From Octopus sinensis (Eukaryota), in NCBI RefSeq assembly GCF_006345805.1, contig NC_043019.1, positions 13,453,360-13,517,359 of the forward strand: a DNA stretch of 64,000 bases, given 5' to 3'. The notes below the pieces were generated by a model. That model saw nothing but the letters and a program-made list of their open reading frames with translations, did no database searches and was not told where the DNA came from. The translations under genes and the position numbers were made by a program. Shown one piece after another: positions 54,975 to 64,000 of the stretch. Each line of letters opens with the position of its first letter. Position 1 is the stretch's first letter.

Positions 54975-55198
54975 GGGAGAGTTTACGAAAAAAACAAAAG
55001 ACGAAGACAGGTGGTGTACAAGACAAACAGATGTATTAGTATAACACTCAGGAATAGAAAAAGTCTTTTACGTTTCCAGCCTATGCTCTTCTACAGAAAG
55101 GGACACAGAAAAAACAAGGAGAGAAAAAAAATGTGTGTAGTGGCTAACGATCTATCATGGCAACTGACTTCGGCCAGAAAGGTCACACACGAGCACGT
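54769..55198 (-). mobile_element. Tandem pair of Penelope-like terminal repeats (family G), each with a hammerhead-like motif (54860-54895, 55065-55100)
   Basis: Two ~155-bp direct repeats separated by (TA)n. Minus-strand consensus of the two copies: CUUU-CUGURGA-A-GAGC-RUAG-GCUC-GAAA-CG-UA-AAAG. Confidence 0.65.
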
Positions 55199-57227
55199 AT
55201 ATATATATAATAATAATAATGATAATGATAATAGAAGGGTAAAATTTATTAATCAAATTAATTAATCAATTAATAAACAATTTTACCAAGTAGATCAGAA
55301 TTTGAACTCAGAACGTGATGACAGACGAAATACCACTAAGCATTTCGCCCGGGCATGCTAACGTTTCTGCCAGCTCACTGCCTTAGAGTTAAGTTAGTAT
55401 TGGTCATACCAAACAACACAGACACTGATATAGCCTTGAGAAAAAGACAACAACGATATGGGTGGTCATGGCTGGAGTGTTTTTGCTTTGTCAATCAGTG
55501 TTGGTCGGGTTTTTTAGACTAAACAAGTCAGAGACAAAAAGAAAGCGAGAGAGAGAGAGAAGCTGGAAGGAATCTCGAGTGTCAGAGAGGAAAGCAATTC
55601 ATGTACCATACATTATTTTTTCTAGATTCTTAAAGAGGAAGTTCAAAGAGGGGGGTCCGGGGGTGGCGGGAAGTAGTGTGCTTCAGCCTCCTACCGCCAC
55701 TCTTATGTCTTTTTCTTTCTCTCTCTTTTCTTTCTTTCTCTCTTTCTCTTCAGTCTAAGGAATTTCTAGAATGTATTTGTTGACACAAAAGTAGAACAGA
55801 TCCATTTAACCTGACCCTATCTGTCGTCTGTGTGTGTGTGTATGTGTGTGTGCCCATGTGTATATGTGTGTGTATGTGTGTATGCATGTTGTATATATGT
55901 ATGTGTATGTTTGTGTGTAAGTATGATGTATGTGTATATGCAAGTTGTATATATGTGTGTGTGTGTGTATTGTATGTTGTATATATCTGTGTGTATGTAT
56001 ATGTATGTTGTATAAGTGTGTGTGTGCATGTGTACATATGTATGCTGTATGTATGTGTGTGTATATGTATGCTACTGTATGTATGTGTGTATGTTTGTGT
56101 ATATGTGTATACATATGTTGTGCATGGATATGTATATGTGTGTATGTTTGCATATGTTTATGTACATTGTATATATGCCTGCATTTATGTGTGTGTCCGT
56201 GTGTCCCACTCTTCACTTCTCACTTCCCACCCATCCATCTTCAATTTTTCTTCTCATCCTCATCACCACAACTCTGCAAACTCTCACTCTCTCTCACCCT
56301 CACCCCCACAGTATTGGGATTTTCTTATCATTATTTTGCACCCTTAGCATCTTCCCTCCCTCCCACCTCCTCACTTCCCTTCCCTCCCTTCTCAACCATT
56401 CAGTTATCTGTGGGTCCCAACCACCACTGCCACCAAGCATAGTACCCTTATATATATTGCTAACACCCCGCCCCTGCTTCCTAGTCCCCACACCAGTAGC
56501 ACTTCTCACAGAATAACAAAACTTCTTATTAGCCCCCCCTCCACACACCATCACCACCATCCCCTCCACCTTGTCTCTTTTTATCTACTTGCACTGATGA
56601 ATTGGTCACATGTGTTGGTTATTAAAGAGTGGTGGTGGTGGTAGTGCTCCTGTTGGTGGCAGTGGTGGTCATGAAAGGAGAGGTGAGGAATGGTATAGAT
56701 AAACTCTTAAGTGTTAGCTAACGACTTAAGTAATGTAAACACCCCCACCCCACCCCCGCTGGACCAATACAGCCAAGAAGAGAGAGCTTCTTTGTAGTCA
56801 CATGACCTCTTTAGAAATAGGAGTTAAATCACCTTCAAATCTATTTGGGGTTTTTTGACAGGGGGATGAGGGCAGATTTTTTATGTCATTTTTAACCCCC
56901 TGTCCTTATAGATGTTTGTTCCTTATTAATTAATTAATTAACTCCAGCTTGACAAAGTTTTGCACACATCAGCAAATTTATTCTTTGCTGTTTTTAAGTA
57001 TAATGACAGCAGTTCTTAGTGCACTATGAACAACAGATTCAGCACGCATGGCTGATGAAGTGTAATAATGCAGAAACATGTCCTTAGTTATCTGACGACA
57101 TTGTTCATAGTTCCATGGTGTTTGTTTTCGTACATTTTGTCTAATAGAATTTCTCTCCAGGAACAGTTTCTGGCATGAAGGTCTTTCCATGCCCTCCACT
57201 TCCAATCTTCCATATAAACATGTTTTT

Positions 57228-57578
57228 CATTCTTTTATTTGTTCCGGTCATTTGACTGTGGCCATGCTGGAGCACCGCCTTTAGTTGAACAAATTGACCC
57301 TAGTACTTATTCTTTGTAAGCCTAGTACTTATTTTATTGGTCCCTTTTGCCGAACCACTAAGTTACAGGGACACGAACACACGAACATCAGCTGTCGAGC
57401 GATGATGGCTGGGGAGGGAACACAGACACACACACACGCATATATGTACAGCAGGCTTCTTTCAGTTTCCGTCTACCAAATCCACTCACAAGGCTTTGGT
57501 TGACCCGAGGCTAAGTTACAGGGACACGAACACACCAACATCGGCTGTCGAGCGGTGATTGCTGGGGAGGGAACACAG

Positions 57579-57611
<33 letters not shown>

Positions 57612-57862
57612 CAGCAGGCTTCTTTCAGTTTCCGTCTACCAAATCCACTCACAAGGCTTAGGTCGACCCGAGGCTAAGTTACAGGGACATGAACACACCA
57701 ACATCGGCTGTCGAGCGATGATGGGTGGGGAGGACCACAGACACACACACACACACATATATATACAGCAGGCTTCTTTCAGTTTCTGTCTACTGAATCC
57801 ACTCACAAGGCTTTGGTTGGCCCGAGGCTGTAGTTGAAGACACTTGCCCAAGGTGCCACGCA
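57228..57862 (-). mobile_element. Family B SINE with internal ~155-bp triplication
   Basis: Units restart at CTAAGTTACAGGGAC at ~57358, ~57511 and ~57674. Confidence 0.88.
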
Positions 57863-58497
57863 AACCATTCTGCCCGTATCAGCATGGAACATGGACGTTA
57901 AATAATGATGAGAAGGAGGATTATTAAAAAGCCAAAATGGAGCCACATGATCCCTGTACTGACTCTGCGGTCCTTAATCATCATAGGTTTTTAGGGATCA
58001 CTGCTGATACACTGACTAACCACCGACAATAATTGTAATAAGTACAGAGATAATAAAATGCAGCTAAGAATTAAGGGTTCTCTGTTGTTTACCTGAACAC
58101 TGATTATACCTGAATATTCTCTCAGGTTCCAGTGGATGATGGAAGCGTTCCATTACGATGGTGATGACGACAACAATTGCAGACTCTGGGAATTGTATCA
58201 GATTTATTCATGTGGGCATCGGGATTTGATATTTTTTCTTTCTTTCTTTCTTTCTTTTTTAGGTTATTGTGTGTGTATCTGGTATGTGTGTGATTTGCAT
58301 TTATGTGTGTTTGTGTGCATGTGTAGGCATACATATATATATATACGTGTGTGTGTATATATGCCTGTGCATATGTATGCATATATATGCATGTATGTGC
58401 AGATGTCTTTGTGTCTGTATAGATGTGTGTGTAAAAGTATATGTAAGTATATGCACAAGAATATATATATATACATCTGTATGTGTCTATGTATGTG

Positions 58498-58529
<32 letters not shown>

Positions 58530-58634
58530 ATATATAATATATATATATATATGTATGTATATATATATATATATATATAATATATATATGTATATATGTA
58601 TATATATATATATGTATATATGTATGTATATATG

Positions 58635-58665
<31 letters not shown>

Positions 58666-58694
58666 GTATGTATATGCATCTGTATGTGTGTATG

Positions 58695-58730
<36 letters not shown>

Positions 58731-60073
58731 ATATACATAAACACGCACACACACATTCATAGAAAGGGAGAGAATGGAAAGGGCTTCTCTGATCTCACAC
58801 ATAACACTTAAGTTACTCTGGTTAAAAAAAAAATTTTTCCATTTTTTTTTATTTCATTTTATTTTGAGTTTTCTTTCTGTTGGTTTTATTCACTATTTTT
58901 TTTTATGTGTGTAATACATTTAACGAAAACAAAAAAAAAACAAAAAACAACAAAGCAAAAATATATATTCTTTATACATATTGGAGATCCATCGACCTTC
59001 CCATAAGAGGGAGAGAGGGCATGGGTGGAGGGGGCAGACAAAGAGAGAAACCTCAAGCATGAACACAAGGCCATGTTGTGTGTGTGTGTGTGTGTGTGTG
59101 AGATGTAGCCCAGAATATTGTTTTGGTGGAAGAGCTAAGCGCCTTTCAACCCTCACCTGTTAATAGATTCGGTATTTGATACTGTTCCACTGACATCAAA
59201 CACAAAAGCCCTGTTCCTCTCTTCTCCCTCTCCCTCTCTATCTTTCTCTCCCTTGCTCTCCTCCAGTTGTTTCCCATCTTTGCTGTTTCAGTGAGAACAT
59301 CAAGGAACACACTTTTATTCTGTGTGTGTGTGTGTGTATGTGTACATAAACATGTAGCCGTATATGTTTATACGCACAATGATATCTGATTCTTATACAT
59401 GTGTGAGTAAATCCATAAATATATAGAAATATATAAACACACACTCACTTGTACATGTGTGTATGTATCATATGATATATATATATATATATTACACATG
59501 TATAAATTGCATTTATAAGTAAACATGTAAATGTTCACACACACACACACACACACATTGTTTGTATATATCTATACACACATGCATATGTGTGTTTATA
59601 TACACTTTGTATACAGTATATATACATATATATAATAGATAAATAGATACACACACACATGCATATGTATGTGTGTGTGTGGTATTTATCTATCATATAT
59701 ATGTATATATACTGTATACAAAGTGTATATAAACACATACATATATGCATGTGTATGTATGTATGTATAAGAGATCTCTACAATATGTGTGGGTGTATGT
59801 CTGATATATATATATATAATATATATGATGATATATATATACATTATACATACATATAGTATGTATCATATATAAATTATATTCACACCACACACTCCCA
59901 TACATAGATATACATATTCATACGTAGATCTATACATATTACAACGTATATGTATGAATATATATGTGTGGTATAAATAATATTATATATGCACACACAC
60001 ACCACACACACACACACACTCCCATACATAGATATACATATATACGTACATATGTATGGATCATATATATGCG

Positions 60074-60114
<41 letters not shown>

Positions 60115-60164
60115 TACACCCCACTCTTATACATAGATATACATATTCATATATACGTATATAC

Positions 60165-60205
<41 letters not shown>

Positions 60206-61378
60206 TACATAGATATACATATTCATATATACATATTCGTACATATATGTATGCATCATATATATATATATATCACTCGGTGTATATAAAACTGTTGCTT
60301 TCATCATTGATGTTGTTCATTTTGCCCTTTTCCACTGCACTTTAATATCTATCCCTCTGCCTGATAACAACACTTCCTGACTACCTCGTATCCATTATAT
60401 TATAAAATGGGCAAAACATTTCAAAAAGAAGCATTTGCAATTCAGCTTTTTATTGTTCCCGTCTTCCTTTTTCCATCATCCACGCTGCGTCTTTTATTTT
60501 ATTTATTTCTGCGTTTCATGATTTAGTTTTATCTAGGCGTTTATTTATTTAGTTATTTAGATAATAATGACTGCCTTAATAAAGTAAATAATGCTTATTG
60601 AATCCATTTGAAAAACCTATTGTTTTCTGCAAACAATATGCCATCACTCTCGGCAGGGGTGGCTGTGGAATGGAAAGCACCATTTTTTTTTCTTTTTTGA
60701 TGATGATGATGGTCGTGGTGGTGTTGGTGGTGGTGCAAGGAGTCCTTGATATCAATCAAAACACACACACACACACACACACACACTCCTGCTGAAACGA
60801 TGATGGATGCAATGAAATGAAATGCTAGATCGTTCATTTTGTTGTATGACAACGCTTCACAATTGTCGGGAATTTTTGAAAAGAATCAATAAATTCTTCA
60901 CCTTTTGATGTCTTTTACACTCGTTGGTTCCAGCCGAGATTGGGTTCGACGGCTTCACAAATTCATGGATTTGCATTGATCATCAAATAAAATGACAGGT
61001 TGTTTGTTTGTTTTGTTTTTTTGTTGTTGTTGCTTTTGTTCCTCTTCCCCCTGCCTCTCACACCTGGCTTTCAACAGGTTGTTGCTCTTGTTGGTGTTGT
61101 AAATTACATAACCAAGACTTGTTGTCAAATCCTCAGAGAAGTGTAACTTTTACACACAACATTATTATATTGTAAAAATATTGACAGAATCAATCAACCT
61201 GGAAATGGCATGCACTTTTTGTGTGTGTGTGTGTTGTGTGTGTGTGTGTGTGTTCATGTGGTTGTGTCTGTTTGTCTTGACATAGCATGCTAATTATAAA
61301 CAAATATCAGTCATATAAACATGGTATCTTTCATTTGGAATCTTCAGATATTATTGTACCAAAGTGTATACAGTTCTA

Positions 61379-61619
61379 TATAGTGTAGTGGTTAAGAGCA
61401 CGGGGCTACTAACCCCAAGATTCCAAGTTTCGATTCCAAGCAGTGACCTGAATAATAATAATAATAATAACAATAACCTCGAAAAATACCATAGGAATGA
61501 GAACCCAGGTTCGAAATTTCCCCAAAGACACCTGATGAAGGCTGGAGGGTATATCAGCCGAAACGTTGTGTTAACAACAACCAGATGAGGACAAATATCC
61601 ATCAAATGTAAATAATGTA
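61379..61619 (+). mobile_element. Hammerhead-bearing tRNA-headed SINE (family E), intact hammerhead at 61527-61572
   Basis: TAGTGTAGTGGTTAAGAGC, anticodon-like stem GGGG-CTACTAA-CCCC, B-box-like GTTTCGATTCC, (AAT)n, then GACAC-CUGAUGA-A-GGCUG-gaggguauau-CAGCC-GAAA-CG-UU-GUGUU. Confidence 0.82.
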
Positions 61620-62416
61620 TAAACTAATGATTTCGATATGAGTAGATTTTATATGTAGTATGGTAGTGCTTCAGAATGTTCAGGAATTTTCTTTATAAAT
61701 GACTGAAACACTTCAGCTTTTTAAGCCCTTATACTCTTTGATTTTCCCCATGGGAAAAAGTACTTTCTGTGATTTCTTAATATTCAGTGGGACTGAACCT
61801 GGAACCATGTGGTTGGGAAACAAGCCTCTTACCACACAACTACACCTGCAGATGATAGAAACATGAAAGTAGAACCCAAGACATGAGTATTTGCCTTTGA
61901 TCCTTCCATGGTTGATAAAATAAATACCAGTTGAACAAAAGGGTCCATATTATTACCTTAATCCCCTCAATCGAAATTGACGGCCTTGTGCCAAAACATG
62001 AAACCGTTATTAATGATCAGTAGAAGTTACAGATTTGAGGACCAAGAATTTCATGCTTTGGCACTGAATTTGTTTGGTAAGTGCCAACGCCAAAATTGAT
62101 TTGCATTCTCTGCAAAAATCCCTGGAGACTTTCAACTCGTCAATAAAAATGCATAGCACAATGAGATTTGTGGCTTTGAAGAGACCCATCCTCGTTCACA
62201 TTGATGGCTAGTTCATTGCAAAATATTTGAATTTAGATATCTGTCTCTCAAACGGACACACGTACAGGCAAAGAAAAACGTCGATGACATGTTTTATATA
62301 GTATTATTTCCTTTTGATATTATTGAATACATGTCTGTGTGTATGTATGTATGTACGTATATATATATATACACATATGCATAGTAGATGAGTGTGTGAA
62401 TATATTGTATGTATAT

Positions 62417-62451
<35 letters not shown>

Positions 62452-62464
62452 TTTATATATGTCA

Positions 62465-62495
<31 letters not shown>

Positions 62496-62518
62496 GTATA
62501 TATATATATATTTATATA

Positions 62519-62557
<39 letters not shown>

Positions 62558-62644
62558 GTATATATATATATATTTATCTATGTCCATATATATATTATAT
62601 ATATATATATATATGTTATATATTATATATACATATATGTATAT

Positions 62645-63415
62645 ATCCTAAGGTGTAGAAAATTACAACACATGGACAAGAACGTATAACTCTTATAAGA
62701 CGATACAATAAACACGGACAAGACATTCGAAACCCTTCAGTCTTCATCAAGAACCGGATCATCGTAGTAATTCGGCTGATTATCTTGAGATTACTAGATC
62801 ACGGCCAGCCCTCCAAAAAAACTAAGCAACGAGCATTAGAAAAACTAAGCTGGGAGCGTAGATTTCCTGAAGAAGGATCGAATGCATACGGACACCACAA
62901 CAGCAAAAGGGACGAATATAAAAAAAAACAATGGAATACAGAGCATTAACGGTGAAAACAACAACAAGTGTCTTACGACTGATAACAAGCAAACAAATTT
63001 TTTTCTCTGGCGCAAGGAAGGAGCCTTATCGGCGTATGCCTATAGCGGCGGACAAAAACACCGATGTTAACACGACGCTGGTCAGAAGCTGAAAGGCAGA
63101 TTTCGGCCAGCATCACGTGACGAAGAGAGAGAAGAAAAAAGAGAAGCAACGGAATGAGGGAGAGAGAGAGGAGGGACAAACGCGACAAAGAGCGAGAAGA
63201 GAGGAAAGAAGGAATCAGAGAGGAGAAGGATGGGTGTCGAAGATCGACCTGTGATTGCAGAGCGAGACAAAGAATAGGAGGGTAGTGGAAGATTAGACCA
63301 AAGAATCAGAGGAAAGAGAGAGAAAAGAGGATGAGTAGAGAGAGAAGGGGACAGATCAAGTAAAAGTGAGAAAGAGAGAGAGACAAACAAAGAGTCGTAC
63401 CAGTTATTAAGAATT
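62645..63415 (-). mobile_element. CpG-rich element inserted in (TA)n, possibly a non-autonomous Penelope-like element
   Basis: Sharp compositional shift between two TA microsatellites, a CT-rich segment like family F, and only a weak hammerhead remnant (GGCUG...CAGCC-GAA on the minus strand, ~62770-62815). Confidence 0.35.
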
Positions 63416-64000
63416 ATATATATACACACACACACATATATATACACACATATATATATATACACACATATATATATACAGGTATGTACATATATTGAAG
63501 AAAGTGAAGGAGTAGTTGACAGAGATAAATCAAATTACCAATTCTCTTTCTGATATGCTTTTTTTTCTTTTTCCTTTTTCTTCTTCCTGGAAGTCAGCCC
63601 AACATTAAATTATGATCACCAGGGAATGAAGTAAATTAGTTTTAAAGTCATATTCAGGTTCTGTAGATTAAAAGTGCAACATAAAAAAACTAAAAAACAT
63701 GAGAAAATTTAGGTAAAAAAAATGAAGAAAAATTGAAGAAATATTGTGGTGTGCTGTGCTGTGCTGGGTGGATAAAAGGTATCACCTTCAAGGCAAAAAG
63801 AGGTGAAAGAGATGCTTTCAAAGTTGCCATAAACATGATTGGTTTACAATGAAATAACTTGCCATTGTTGGCGTCATTGCCGTCTCCATCGCTGTTCTTG
63901 TGAAAATGTTTTATTGTGGTGTGGACACTTGTAAAGTGAAAAAAACACTGTTAATTCTTTCAACAACACTCCCCCAACTCTCTTCACTAATGTTCATCTT

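Noticed and set aside
55750-55795. Next EXT1 exon (TTT CTA GAA = FLE after a pyrimidine tract)
   Set aside because: It continues FLECIC* rather than FLEALQAGC and lacks an acceptor in the correct position. The next exon is probably beyond the window.

Overview
AT-rich, microsatellite-saturated animal genomic DNA. The repeat families (tRNA-derived SINEs, RTE and CR1 LINE 3' ends, Tc1/mariner and piggyBac-type MITEs) look like those of an octopus (coleoid cephalopod); this assignment is an inference. None of the supplied ORFs is a credible host gene; most are simple-repeat or SINE translations, and a few overlap LINE remnants. The only host coding sequence I can support is a 75-nt exon at 49517-49591 (+), absent from the ORF track. 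It encodes [24 protein letters not shown](R), the signature of exostosin-1 (EXT1/tout-velu), so most or all of the window is probably EXT1 intron. The most striking unannotated signal is a set of about nine minimal type-I hammerhead ribozyme motifs from about five distinct short element families that resemble Penelope-like terminal repeats. One family, present in three copies, fuses a tRNA-like Pol III head, an (AAT)n linker and a hammerhead: a ribozyme-carrying SINE. The window also holds nested MITE/SINE insertions, long hairpins, a perfect 42-bp palindrome, a local ~480-bp composite duplication and structured minisatellites.
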